Assembly (NCBI GenBank): GCA_024278455.1
Contig: JAJRTE010000118.1
Span: 33,521 to 97,520, forward strand
Length of the DNA stretch: 64,000 nucleotides
DNA from: Myxococcota bacterium
GTDB lineage: Bacteria > Myxococcota_A > UBA796 > JAJRTE01
Direction: 5' to 3'
The translations under genes and the position numbers were made by a program. The notes beneath the pieces are model-generated. The model worked only from the letters and a program-made list of their open reading frames with translations. It did no database searches and had not been told where the DNA came from. Shown here one piece after another: positions 19,705 to 29,535 of this stretch. Position 1 is the stretch's first letter. Each line of letters opens with the position of its first letter.

Positions 19705-20886
19705 ATGTCGAGTGAAATGCCCGTTGTGACGTGTCCATCGAGAAGGTCCGGAACAGGAAGGTGTCGCTATGGTTTTGCAGCGGCAATCGCACTGCTTGCG
19801 GCTGTGAGCACGGCCACGACGTGGGCCTTCTTCGAAGAACCCGAACTTCCTGACGACCGGAACGAATCAACGATCCACTATTCTCTCGTCGGCGCGCTGG
19901 CCACGTGCGCCGGGTACGAGGAACTGGCCTACCGTGTCGCCACGTATGATCAGCTCACCGATCTGGGTATCGATCCATCATACGACGGCACGTTGTGCGA
20001 GGGTTGGGTGCCGGCCCCTCCCCCGAATCCCGTGGCGGCGGCGGTCTCCGGGGCCATCCTGACGGACCTGGTGGACGGCGTGATCAACGGGTGTGCCAGT
20101 TACGTGCCGCTCACTTTTCCCAACGACGAGAAAGGGCACGATCCCGCCTGCTTTGCGAACAGATTCAGGGGTACCGCCCACTTCTTCCATTTCCCCAACG
20201 ACGATCGGCTGGAGCGGTTGAGGGAATGGGCTTTCACTCCGAACGTGCCTCTGTATGGCGACATCTATGCGGCCTACGGCGGCTTCACCGCACTCCCCAT
20301 GACGTGGCGTTGTGTGGCCGAGTGGCTCGAGCAACCGATCGACACCGGTCCCATTACCAGCGACAGCCTCGAAGCGCTCGGGATCTACCTGCACTCGATG
20401 GCAGATCATGCGTCCCACTTCGATTGCATAGAGCACACCGAGAGTGACGAGATTGCTCTCAACATTCCGACGCACTATGGGCAGTGGGGGACGAGTTACT
20501 GTTCGTTCTTCGAGCACTATCAGGAGTTGGAAGGAGATGAGTCCGAACTGGACGAAGCGCCCTTGTCGCGAACGTTGGAGTCAGCGGTGGGCCACGAGGC
20601 CATGTTGTGGCTCTACGACGGCATTGTGCCTCACGACCAGCCCTATGACTTCTCGGGTATCTACGGTGAACTCCTCGCATGGCGTGGAGCCCACCCGGAC
20701 CTCTTCGTGGGAAAGCCGGATCCCATACCGGCTGACCTGGACAACATCGACTACCAGGAAATCATGGAGATGGTACAGGGCATGATCGTCGGAAATGCCG
20801 GGGAAGGCGGCCGGTACAACGGCATGTACCGTATCGAAGATGCGGATGATATCGCCGCATTCTGCCACGGTATCCAGGGGTTGTAA
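19705..20886 (+). CDS. Secreted hypothetical protein. After the predicted signal-peptide cleavage site the mature protein begins with Trp followed by His-rich motifs (possibly zinc-dependent phospholipase C / S1-P1 nuclease-like)
   Basis: Signal peptide AAAIALLAAVSTATTWA. Mature protein starts with W, then IHYSLVGAL, HFFHFPNDD, LHSMADHASHFD. The resemblance to Zn-PLC/P1 nuclease is pattern-level only. Confidence 0.45.
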   Translation: MSSEMPVVTCPSRRSGTGRCRYGFAAAIALLAAVSTATTWAFFEEPELPDDRNESTIHYSLVGALATCAGYEELAYRVATYDQLTDLGIDPSYDGTLCEGWVPAPPPNPVAAAVSGAILTDLVDGVINGCASYVPLTFPNDEKGHDPACFANRFRGTAHFFHFPNDDRLERLREWAFTPNVPLYGDIYAAYGGFTALPMTWRCVAEWLEQPIDTGPITSDSLEALGIYLHSMADHASHFDCIEHTESDEIALNIPTHYGQWGTSYCSFFEHYQELEGDESELDEAPLSRTLESAVGHEAMLWLYDGIVPHDQPYDFSGIYGELLAWRGAHPDLFVGKPDPIPADLDNIDYQEIMEMVQGMIVGNAGEGGRYNGMYRIEDADDIAAFCHGIQGL

Positions 20887-20958
20887 GCCTGCGCGGTCCT
20901 TGCCTCCATCCGGACGCCGCGCCGCTCGCGCCCCCCCCTACCCGGCTCCTTCCCCGCA

Positions 20959-21495
20959 TCACCTGCGGAACCCGGAGACCGCCCCGAATCTGCGCTTGAG
21001 TACGGGGAACGACCCGATCATCAGCACCGTTATCAGCGTGCCCACGGCGGCGGACGTTACGAATTGCCGCACAGGGATTTCGCCTTTCAGGAACGCATAC
21101 CGAAAGATGAGATAGAACAGCACCCAGTACAGGGTGCTCGTCAACAGCCCGGGGGAATAGCGCCTGGTCACTATCGTGGCCACGAGGTGCCAAAGCCCGT
21201 TCGTGGCCATCTGGAACACGAAGGTCAAGGGGAGGACGATCCAGGCGCCTCCCAGGATATCGTACAGAACGATGGAGAGGACTATGAGGGTCATCAATAG
21301 TGTGTTGAATCCGAAGAAATGTTTCCACCCGTAGTCGGGCCAGAAGTGGCGCCGCACCATCTCGACGAAGTTCTCGCCCAGGACAGATTCGTCGACGATG
21401 TGGATGACATACGCGAACACGTAGGCCCAGAAAAGGAGACTGATCGGAATCGACAGTGTGCCGCTCGTTCTCGCTGCCGCAACAGTGATGTCCAT
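20959..21495 (-). CDS. Integral membrane protein of unknown function (HXXEE-like motif HIVDES)
   Basis: Five to six predicted TM helices. The start is at MDITVAAART within the longer ORF. Confidence 0.5.
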   Translation of the reverse strand: MDITVAAARTSGTLSIPISLLFWAYVFAYVIHIVDESVLGENFVEMVRRHFWPDYGWKHFFGFNTLLMTLIVLSIVLYDILGGAWIVLPLTFVFQMATNGLWHLVATIVTRRYSPGLLTSTLYWVLFYLIFRYAFLKGEIPVRQFVTSAAVGTLITVLMIGSFPVLKRRFGAVSGFRR

Positions 21496-21636
21496 CCTCA
21501 CCTCCTCTGTTGTGTCTTGGTTGTGCGGCACAACCAGGCGATTGAACCAGGCTTTCCGATGTCCAGTCCCTCCTGTCGTGATACCGCAAGGACAGGAGGA
21601 AGCGGGTTGGGTGGATCCTCCACCAATTGACGGGCC

Positions 21637-22149
21637 GTGTCACCCCAATCGTCGCACCCCTCATTTTTTTGTCACATCTCTCCCCATGGCGTCAGAAACC
21701 AGGATGCAAGAATGAGAGAGCTTGTCAATCGGGGACACATCGTGACGTTCGTCAGATACCACGCACAACCAGGGAGTGGCAGCCCAGCGCGACGCCTTGC
21801 CCGCACGGCATCAGGCGGGCACGCAGAAGTGGCCCGTCATCCCGGAAAAGCTGTGTCGGACGCCACATCGGGTGCAGGCGATTTCGCCATCAATTTCCAC
21901 TTCGCCGGGGAGACCCAGGTCACGATCGATTTTGGGTTTGGTCACTGGACTGTCGACACATGGTTTAGCGGGGACTACAGGAGCATCTGGGACGCGGACG
22001 TGTTGTCCACCTGTTCGATCGCCGTGAGCAACACATCGGATCATATCGACAATTTCAGCTACAATGCCGATGATGTCCCGGGCGAGATCGAGCAGATGTT
22101 CGAGGATGAGGGAGAAACCAGGTCGAGGATGCCATCCGGAACGCGTTGA
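21637..22149 (+). CDS. Hypothetical protein
   Basis: 170-aa ORF with moderate GC3 bias. Its TGA overlaps the ATG of the next ORF (ATGA). Confidence 0.3.
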   Translation: MSPQSSHPSFFCHISPHGVRNQDARMRELVNRGHIVTFVRYHAQPGSGSPARRLARTASGGHAEVARHPGKAVSDATSGAGDFAINFHFAGETQVTIDFGFGHWTVDTWFSGDYRSIWDADVLSTCSIAVSNTSDHIDNFSYNADDVPGEIEQMFEDEGETRSRMPSGTR

Positions 22150-22598
22150 GAGACGCTCTCCTCGAGCAACTCGACATGCTTGTGACGAAAGACTGTGCCG
22201 TTCTCCAGGACATTGAAGGGTTGAACAAGAAGGGGGGCGTTTCGGTCCCGGCCGGGGGAGAGAAGACCTTCACGGTCGTCATGCTCAACACCGGGGAGGC
22301 GATGTGGGGTTCTGGTATTGCAACCCAGCTCGGCCTGGTCGGAGACGGGGGCAGCAGTTGCTACGGGTACCTCCAAACCAATCGGTGGCACCTCGATGCC
22401 ACGGTCTCCCCTGGCGAGGTCGGTGGGTATGATGTGCGTGTTTCCGGCCTGGATCCGGGCCAGGAGATTCGCTGCGAGTTCCAGATGGTCCGTGACGTTT
22501 CCGGACCCGGCACCGGCCCCCACTGGTTTGGTGATATCTTTGCACTCAAGATCACCGGGATGGAGATGATCACGCAGGTTGTGCACGCTGCGCCGTAG
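22146..22598 (+). CDS. Hypothetical protein with an NBR1/Ig-like beta-sandwich domain
   Basis: GEKTFTVVMLNTGEAMWG ... YDVRVSGLDPGQEIRCEFQM ... WFGDIFAL resembles the bacterial NBR1-like domain. Good GC3 bias. Confidence 0.35.
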   Translation: MRDALLEQLDMLVTKDCAVLQDIEGLNKKGGVSVPAGGEKTFTVVMLNTGEAMWGSGIATQLGLVGDGGSSCYGYLQTNRWHLDATVSPGEVGGYDVRVSGLDPGQEIRCEFQMVRDVSGPGTGPHWFGDIFALKITGMEMITQVVHAAP

Positions 22599-22905
22599 AT
22601 GCCACGATCGGTGGCCTCCTTGTTCCTCCTTCCACGTCACCTTCTCTGGTGCTCGATATCCTGTCGAAGATCATTTCGGCATGGGTTCGCGCGGGCGTGA
22701 CAGTGGCTGAACAGGCACGCGCCGACTCGTTCTCAAGCTGTTCTCCACCTGTGGGGAGGTTCCGGCGCACGTTCGTCCCCAGGCCCCCGCAGCAGGGCAT
22801 CGCTCGGCCTCTGCACGCCGCGACGGTGCCTTGTGCCCAACCTGGCGCTCTGGTACGATAGGCCGAGGCGTATGTTCGGGAGTCAGGAGCCATGGAGGAA
22901 GTGCG

Positions 22906-23334
22906 ATGTGCGGCGATCCCGGTTCAGGACAGGCGGTTTCGCAATCTGGCGGCGGGCGGCGAACCGGCGAGAAGGCCGCCTGGACCCTGGGCTGGCTGGG
23001 CGGATTCCTTTGGGTGCTCATCCTGTCGGTGGTTCGTCTCGTTCAGGGCAGCGTGGCCAGTGGCATGGCCGGCATCGCCCTGTTCGCCGCCGCGGTGTCG
23101 ATGATCGTCGTCTTCGCGCCGTGGCGTCACGCGACGGTGCGGCAATGGAAACTGATGGTCCCGGTGTACGTGACGCTCTTCGGCTCCATCGTCTGGGCTA
23201 TTTCGACCATGGGGGCAGGCGAACTTGGGCTGGGTTGGGGGTCCGCCTTCTTGGTCCTGCCCTGCCTCATCCCGCTCTGGACGGCCGGCACCAAACGATG
23301 GAACGACGTGAACGGCCCACCTGGAGGCTCCTGA
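22906..23334 (+). CDS. Small integral membrane protein (four predicted TM helices)
   Basis: Hydrophobic segments WTLGWLGGFLWVLILSVV, GIALFAAAVSMIVVFAPW, VPVYVTLFGSIVWAIS, SAFLVLPCLIPLW. The start is chosen at an internal ATG. Confidence 0.35.
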   Translation: MCGDPGSGQAVSQSGGGRRTGEKAAWTLGWLGGFLWVLILSVVRLVQGSVASGMAGIALFAAAVSMIVVFAPWRHATVRQWKLMVPVYVTLFGSIVWAISTMGAGELGLGWGSAFLVLPCLIPLWTAGTKRWNDVNGPPGGS

Positions 23335-23501
23335 CCTGGATCGTCGAGACCCCCTGGACCAGAACATGCGCGCAGGGCTGCTGCATCCTCGAGACCGCGG
23401 GCGGCTCCGTCACCTTGGCTTTGCGGCCATCTCGGGGCCGGGGGGCGGGAACACCCGAACGGCTGCGAACACGCCGGTGGGCTCACGCCCTTGAGGGTGC
23501 A

Positions 23502-26015
23502 TCACATCCCTGCCGGGTCGACGCCCGACAGGAGTCGTCCCCCAATCGCCGGCGAGGCGCGATCCTCCTCGAGTACGATGAATGCATGAATGCCAAAGCA
23601 TCCGCACGGTGAGGTATAACGCAGATCGAGCCGCTGCGCCACGGGCTGGATCTTGTGGGTGAACGTCACTGAAGAGCGAGCTTCGAGCGAGAACCCTCTT
23701 GCGAATCGCCCGGCCCCGGGCAACACCGCCGCCAACCAGTCGAGGCCCACCTGTGCGCCCAACTCCAGCGACGTTCCGCCTGTTGTCGGGGTGGGGTAGT
23801 ATCCCAGTGGCGGATTCGCCTCTCGCGAAGGATTCATCCACCCGAGCCGGTAGTCCAGCCGGAGAAGACCGAGTCGGGAGCTTCCATCGACGAAGATCCA
23901 CGAGAACGCCCGGAGGTCCGGCGCAGTCAGCACTGAAAGCCCCACCCGCGACGGCTGCACCGCCGTCAACCGGAACTCGAGATCGGTCCATCGGCCCGGA
24001 CGCGCGAACTCTTTGCCCAGGGCCACCTGGAGCCACCCCACCTCGACTTCCCGGGACGCCCCGTCATCCCGAAGCGTGCCGGAGACTTGCTGCGAGACAT
24101 GGAATACGATCTGCCTGGCCGGCCGAGACACGTCCCCGATCGCCGCGACGAACGCGGGATCCTCTGAAGACCATAGATCGTAGGCAACCTGGACGCCGGG
24201 CTCGACGAGATGACGGATACTTTCCCACGCCCCCCCCCCGAGAACGAATCGGCGGCCGATGAGCGTTCCCAGATCGATCGTCAGTGGCACCCGGTGGCGA
24301 TACAGGGCCGAAGCCAGTTGCGAGTCGGTACCATCAGTGGCGCGTGCCAGCGGCGCCATGAGGTCGCCTCGATAGCCCACGGAGGCCTTGGCGGTTGCGA
24401 TGTGCCACGGCTGAACCGTCCACACGATACTGGCTCGTGTGCTCGAGTAGAGCGGCCCACCAGCCTCCAGGGCCGGCGTGACGGGCGCTCCTGTTCCGCT
24501 CTGCTGCCGAAAGACCCCCCAGTCGGCATCGACTCGGGCCACACCCAAGCCGATTCGACGCGCCTGCCCAGTATATGAGACGTCGAGTTCCGGTGTCCGG
24601 CCTGCGAGTGAGAATTCGTGGTCGTCGAGATCGACGTAGCGGCGGACTCCAAGGGTCCCTGTCCAGCGTTCACCAGGGACCTCGAGCCGCGCGCGGGACG
24701 CCATCACATTCCCGGCCCGCGTCTCGATGTCGGTCCCGAAGTCTGCCAGGTAGTCCGGGTCGCTGAGCGCGCTCATGTCCGCGTAGATCCCGAGTCCGTT
24801 GTCAAAACGTTGTGCATGTTCCCAGTCCCACTCCCAGCGGTGGGACGGCGTGTCGGGCGTGGCGTCGGCACGGTAGCGCACTCGAGCACTGCCGCTGCCT
24901 GACACGTTCTGGTAGGCGAGTCGGCCGAACGCGCGGATGCCCCGGATTTCGGTCCAGCCGAGCCCCAGCCACAGGCGGTGGCCCCGGTCGATTCGCCAGG
25001 TCCAGGGGAGATCGACGTCGAGCCCGTCCTGGCCGTGTGCCACTCGAGGAGCCAGCGGGCCTGAGTAAATCCCCGGGACCAGCGGCAAGGTAAGGCGCGG
25101 CAAGTAGAAGACGGGGACGCCCTTGATCTTCAGGACCGCGGACTCGAGGCGGAGTCGTTCTGGACGCCCCGGGAGTGCCGGCATCCATGCCGGGTGGCGG
25201 GCTGAGGAAGTGGGAGGCTGTGTCTCGGCCGCGGGCACTTCGCCGCTGATCGTGCTTGCTGCGGCGGTCTTCGTCGCCGGTCGCGGTTCGATGGCGTTCG
25301 GTGGACGGGCTTCCAGGAAGACGGCGTGGCGGGCGGACAACACGACCAGGGGGCCTTCCGGGGCGGGGGGCGGTCCGCTGCTGCCTGGATCTGTTCCGCG
25401 CTCGCACCAACAGGGAGCGAAGAGGGTGTCGAACAGTTGCAGGTCCTTTCCCGTTGCCCATTGTGCGCCCGCTGCCCAGGCATGGGCGCCTGCGTCCGCA
25501 AGGAAAACGTGGCACTGCCCCAGACTGCCCGCGCCGTTCCCGGCGTCGATGGAGACCTCCATGGCCTCGAAGGTCGTGTCGGCCGCGCGCCAGAGCACCT
25601 GGCCGCGCAGGCGAACCACGCGATTCGCCAGGTCGATCTGGGCGCTCGAGGCGGTCAGGCGATATCCACCCCATTCCAGGAAGACCCCGTTCTTTCCCAG
25701 CATGCGAAGTGCCTTGCTATCGAACGTCAGGGAGCCGGCGCCGAGCGTCACGAAGGAGGAGATCGTGGTGCTCGATCCCGCAACGTTCGGCCGTGTGCTG
25801 TGTTCGTCCCTGTCCACCGTGGCCCCGGGTTGGGAGGGAGAAGTTGCTTCTCCGGCGTTGCGTGCCGGCGTGGACGCTTCGTTTTCATAGACCTGGGCGA
25901 TTGCGGGTCGAGGCCATGCGAGAAACGGGACAGGGAGCGAGAGCATGATCGAGAACAGGGTCAGGAACCACGGCTTGTGGCGGCCGGTGTGGAGGGCGAC
26001 GGCGCCGCGGCGCAT
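23502..26015 (-). CDS. lptD: LPS-assembly outer-membrane protein LptD (OstA-like N-terminal domain plus C-terminal beta-barrel)
   Basis: Signal/anchor (FLTLFSIMLSLPVPFLAWP). OstA-like beta-jellyroll region (VFLEWGGYRLTASSAQIDLANRVVRLRGQVLW). Large C-terminal beta-barrel with a CxC near the C-terminus (SPCGCFG). Confidence 0.55.
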   Translation of the reverse strand: MRRGAVALHTGRHKPWFLTLFSIMLSLPVPFLAWPRPAIAQVYENEASTPARNAGEATSPSQPGATVDRDEHSTRPNVAGSSTTISSFVTLGAGSLTFDSKALRMLGKNGVFLEWGGYRLTASSAQIDLANRVVRLRGQVLWRAADTTFEAMEVSIDAGNGAGSLGQCHVFLADAGAHAWAAGAQWATGKDLQLFDTLFAPCWCERGTDPGSSGPPPAPEGPLVVLSARHAVFLEARPPNAIEPRPATKTAAASTISGEVPAAETQPPTSSARHPAWMPALPGRPERLRLESAVLKIKGVPVFYLPRLTLPLVPGIYSGPLAPRVAHGQDGLDVDLPWTWRIDRGHRLWLGLGWTEIRGIRAFGRLAYQNVSGSGSARVRYRADATPDTPSHRWEWDWEHAQRFDNGLGIYADMSALSDPDYLADFGTDIETRAGNVMASRARLEVPGERWTGTLGVRRYVDLDDHEFSLAGRTPELDVSYTGQARRIGLGVARVDADWGVFRQQSGTGAPVTPALEAGGPLYSSTRASIVWTVQPWHIATAKASVGYRGDLMAPLARATDGTDSQLASALYRHRVPLTIDLGTLIGRRFVLGGGAWESIRHLVEPGVQVAYDLWSSEDPAFVAAIGDVSRPARQIVFHVSQQVSGTLRDDGASREVEVGWLQVALGKEFARPGRWTDLEFRLTAVQPSRVGLSVLTAPDLRAFSWIFVDGSSRLGLLRLDYRLGWMNPSREANPPLGYYPTPTTGGTSLELGAQVGLDWLAAVLPGAGRFARGFSLEARSSVTFTHKIQPVAQRLDLRYTSPCGCFGIHAFIVLEEDRASPAIGGRLLSGVDPAGM

Positions 26016-26107
26016 CCACGACAAGCGGTCCCGGGCCGGCCGGAGCGGCGGTGTCGGGGCGTGTCGAGGGGGGCGGCCCATGCTGGTTGGCCGTTGAGCC
26101 GCGTTGG

Positions 26108-27397
26108 TCACATCACCGACTCCGTGGGGCGAGCGATGGCCTGCTCTGCCTCGTGGACGATCGAGAGAGATCCACAGAGGATGTTCGCACCTCTCTTGTT
26201 GCGGCCAAAGGCCTCGATCGTGTCCGCGACGGTTGGAGCAATGGAGATTTCAGGCACTGGGGCGCCGGTCGGGATGGCTTTTCGTGCCACTTCTCGAGCG
26301 GTTTGCCTGAGTCGATCTGGTTCGATGCACCTGTTGGCCGAGCTGCGTGTGCAGATCAGGTGGTCGATCTCCGGAAGGAGAGGTGCGAGAAAGCCCCTGA
26401 CATCCTTGTCCTCGAAGATCGCAACCGCAAGCCATCGGGGGCTTCCGCGGCAGGTTGTGCGCAGGTTCCGGGCCAGGGCGAGGGCCGCGTGCGGGTTGTG
26501 CCCGCCGTCGACCAGGAAGCGGTATCCTTCCGGGTGGCAAAACCACTCGAGCCGTCCGCGTAAGCGAGTGGCCTCGAGACCTTCGCGGATGGCGCTGGCG
26601 GTGATGCGGAACGTCATCCGGGTCAGCCTGGAGGCCGCCTGGACGGCCAGGGCCGCATTGTCACGCTGATGGGTTCCAGGTATGCCGAGGCGGAGACCTT
26701 TCAGGCGGAGGCTCGGGGAGACGAACACCAGGTCGTTGCCCGTTCCGTCCATTCGGAAGTCCTCGTTCAGCACGTCAATGGGCATGGCCCCATTGGTCGC
26801 GTCTGGTTCGAGCCACGCTCGAGCTTGACCCGATGCCCCGGTGACGAGCGGTCTGCCGGGACGTCCTATGGCGGCCTTTTCTCGAGCGATCGATCCCAGG
26901 TCGCCGCCCAGTTCTCGCACGTGGTCCAGGGCGATGGATGTCAGGATGGAAAGCAACGGGTCGCAAACGTTGGTGGCATCGAGTCTTCCGCCCATGCCCA
27001 CTTCGACGAGGGCGATGTCAGGGTGTGCCTGTTCGAAGGCGAGAAAGGCCATTGCTGCCGCGGTTTCGAAGAGGGTGAGGCGGTCTGGCGCGGCGCGTCG
27101 CACCAGGAGGGCGAGGGCCTGCCCCTGCGTGTTGGTGAGGGGGGTGCCATTGTAGCAAATCTGTTCGTGGAAATCGGCGAGGGCCGGGGAGGTGAACGTT
27201 CCCACCCGGTACCCCGCAGCGCGCAAGATGGCGTCGAGAAACGCCACCGTGGACCCCTTGCCGTTGGTTCCTCCCACCAGGACGGCAGGCACGGCACGTT
27301 CCGGGTGGCCGAGGCGTTCCAGTGTCTGGCGGAGCAGTTCGTTCGAGGTTCTCTGTCCTGGGGCGATCCAGCCGATGAGATAGTCAGGAGTCAACAT
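26108..27397 (-). CDS. folC: Bifunctional folylpolyglutamate synthase / dihydrofolate synthase
   Basis: Mur-ligase motifs VGGTNGKGST, DHVRELGG, GGHNPHAA. Classic position immediately downstream of accD. Confidence 0.85.
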   Translation of the reverse strand: MLTPDYLIGWIAPGQRTSNELLRQTLERLGHPERAVPAVLVGGTNGKGSTVAFLDAILRAAGYRVGTFTSPALADFHEQICYNGTPLTNTQGQALALLVRRAAPDRLTLFETAAAMAFLAFEQAHPDIALVEVGMGGRLDATNVCDPLLSILTSIALDHVRELGGDLGSIAREKAAIGRPGRPLVTGASGQARAWLEPDATNGAMPIDVLNEDFRMDGTGNDLVFVSPSLRLKGLRLGIPGTHQRDNAALAVQAASRLTRMTFRITASAIREGLEATRLRGRLEWFCHPEGYRFLVDGGHNPHAALALARNLRTTCRGSPRWLAVAIFEDKDVRGFLAPLLPEIDHLICTRSSANRCIEPDRLRQTAREVARKAIPTGAPVPEISIAPTVADTIEAFGRNKRGANILCGSLSIVHEAEQAIARPTESVM

Positions 27398-27418
27398 GGG
27401 GCACCACGGCGAGGTGGA

Positions 27419-29503
27419 TCAGGAATACAACATCGAGTAGATGTTTGCCACGACCCTGCGCATGTCTTTCCTGTGAACGATCATGTCCACCATGCCATGC
27501 TCCAACAGGTACTCCGCGCGCTGGAATCCCTCGGGCAACTTCTGGCGGATGGTCTGCTCGATGACCCTGGGCCCCGCGAACCCGATCAAGGCGCCCGGTT
27601 CCGCGATGTTGACATCGCCCAGCATGGAGAAGCTCGCAGCCACTCCTCCCGTGGTCGGGTGACACAGCAAGGAGACATACGGCAGGGCGGCTTCTTTGAG
27701 CCTTGCCAGGGCGGCGCAGGACTTTGCCATCTGCATGAGCGACAGGACGCCTTCCTGCATCCTGGCGCCGCCCGATGCGGCGATGAGGATGGCGCCGGTT
27801 CGGGCGGCCAGGGCGTTCTCGAACATGCGCGTGACCTTCTCGCCCACGACCGAACCCATCGAGCCGCCCAGGAAGGTGAAGTCGAAGACACCGACGTGAA
27901 CCGGGAGGTCGTCCAGGGTTGCGGACCCGTACACGAAGGCATCATGAACGCCCAGTTTCTTCTGGACGGCCGCCAGGCGTTCACGGTAGGTCTTCGAGTC
28001 CTTGAACTCGAGGGGATCGACGGGGACGATGTGGGCATCGATCTCCGTGAAGCTGCCTTCGTCCACCGTCATGTCTATGCGGCGTCGCACCGGAAGATAG
28101 TGATGGAAGCCACACTGGGTGCAGACGTTCAGATTGGCTTCGAAGTCCGGGCGGTAGATGATCTCTCGGCACTTCTTGCACTTGAACCAGATGGCCTCGA
28201 GGGGCCTGCTGGCCTGCGGGCGCGCGGTGTCCGAGGATTCCCCCAGCGCGTCGGTGGCCAGCACCCAACCGGGCACGATCCCCTGTTGCCCGTTGGCTGG
28301 TTGTGCTCCTGCATGACTCACGAGTTCCTCGAACACCCTGCTCCCCGGTGGAGCGTAGCTTTCCGGGACGAGTTTCTCCATGACGAGGTCATGCAGCACC
28401 GGCCGGAACTGCTTGATCTTCTCGTTCTCCCGTGACGGGTGCACGCGGTTGGTGAGTAGGATCAGGACGATTTCGCGTGCAACGTCTATCCAGATGGATG
28501 TCCCGGTGAAACCCAGGTGACCCACGCTCAGCCCGGTGAAGAGTCGTCCTGCGGCCGACCCTTCGCGTGCGGGCACGTCCCAGCCATAGGCGCGCATGGA
28601 GCCGTCCGGGAAGACGCGTCTGCGCCAGAACTCTTGCACCACGTCTGGTCCGAACAGGAGTCCTCGTTCGCCATGGTAGGCCTTGAGCATGGTCACGGCC
28701 AGGGCGTGGATCTCCTCGGCGGTGGAGAACAGCCCGGCATGTCCTGACACCCCCCCCATGACGTGGGCGTTGTCGTCGTGTACCTCTCCTGTCAAGTAGC
28801 GGTCCAGGCGCCTGTTGTATTCCGTGGTGGCGAAGGCTTCCCGGGGCAGGCCTCGTCGCGGCGGCTCCGCGCCCAGGGGCAGGAAGAAGGTGTGTGACAG
28901 GCCAAGGTGCCGGTAGATATGCTCTTCGCAATACGTGTCCAGCGGCATACCGGCTGTTCGCTCGATGGCTTCCGTGAGAAGAATGAAGCCGAGATCGCTG
29001 TAGATGGCGCTCGAGCCTCTTGGCTGAACCTGTGGCGAAGCCTTGACCTCCGCCATGATGGCTGCCCTGGCTTCCGGGGTTCCGGGCTCGAGGCTGCCGA
29101 GTCGGTGGTTCTCCACGATCTCCTGGTAGAATGGTCGCCAGGCGGCCAGTCCGGCCCCGTGGATCAACAGGTCGGAGATCAGGACGCGGTCCTTCCACCC
29201 GCCCGAGTATTCGGGAATGTGCCTGGACACGGGGTCCTCGAGGGACATTCTACCGGACTCGACAAGGGTCATGACGGCAGGCGTCGTTGCCAACACCTTG
29301 GTCAGCGATGCAAGGTCGAATACGGTGCCTCGAGTCATGTTGCGTTGACTGGGCAGTCGTTGAGCGGCACCGTAGGCCTTGAAGTGGCGCACCACGCCTC
29401 CGGCTGAAACCAGCATGACTGCCCCGGGAAACACCCCGTCGGCCAGGGCCTGTTCCAGGCAACCGTCCACGTTGGGAGACAGGACTTTTTCTCCGAAATC
29501 CAT
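27419..29503 (-). CDS. accD: Fusion protein. N-terminal beta-lactamase/transpeptidase-family serine hydrolase domain (about 420 aa) joined to the acetyl-CoA carboxylase carboxyltransferase beta subunit (AccD, about 285 aa)
   Basis: The N-terminus has the SxxK motif (ASLTK) and overall class-C/AmpH-like serine hydrolase similarity. The C-terminus has the AccD zinc ribbon CKKC...CTQCGFHH, followed by FTFLGGSMGSVVGEKV, ASGGARMQEG, and IGFAGPRVIEQTIRQKLPEGFQ. It is a single uninterrupted ORF. Confidence 0.75.
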   Translation of the reverse strand: MDFGEKVLSPNVDGCLEQALADGVFPGAVMLVSAGGVVRHFKAYGAAQRLPSQRNMTRGTVFDLASLTKVLATTPAVMTLVESGRMSLEDPVSRHIPEYSGGWKDRVLISDLLIHGAGLAAWRPFYQEIVENHRLGSLEPGTPEARAAIMAEVKASPQVQPRGSSAIYSDLGFILLTEAIERTAGMPLDTYCEEHIYRHLGLSHTFFLPLGAEPPRRGLPREAFATTEYNRRLDRYLTGEVHDDNAHVMGGVSGHAGLFSTAEEIHALAVTMLKAYHGERGLLFGPDVVQEFWRRRVFPDGSMRAYGWDVPAREGSAAGRLFTGLSVGHLGFTGTSIWIDVAREIVLILLTNRVHPSRENEKIKQFRPVLHDLVMEKLVPESYAPPGSRVFEELVSHAGAQPANGQQGIVPGWVLATDALGESSDTARPQASRPLEAIWFKCKKCREIIYRPDFEANLNVCTQCGFHHYLPVRRRIDMTVDEGSFTEIDAHIVPVDPLEFKDSKTYRERLAAVQKKLGVHDAFVYGSATLDDLPVHVGVFDFTFLGGSMGSVVGEKVTRMFENALAARTGAILIAASGGARMQEGVLSLMQMAKSCAALARLKEAALPYVSLLCHPTTGGVAASFSMLGDVNIAEPGALIGFAGPRVIEQTIRQKLPEGFQRAEYLLEHGMVDMIVHRKDMRRVVANIYSMLYS

Positions 29504-29535
29504 CGAGGACCCCCGTTCAATCGGAATCAATCGCG

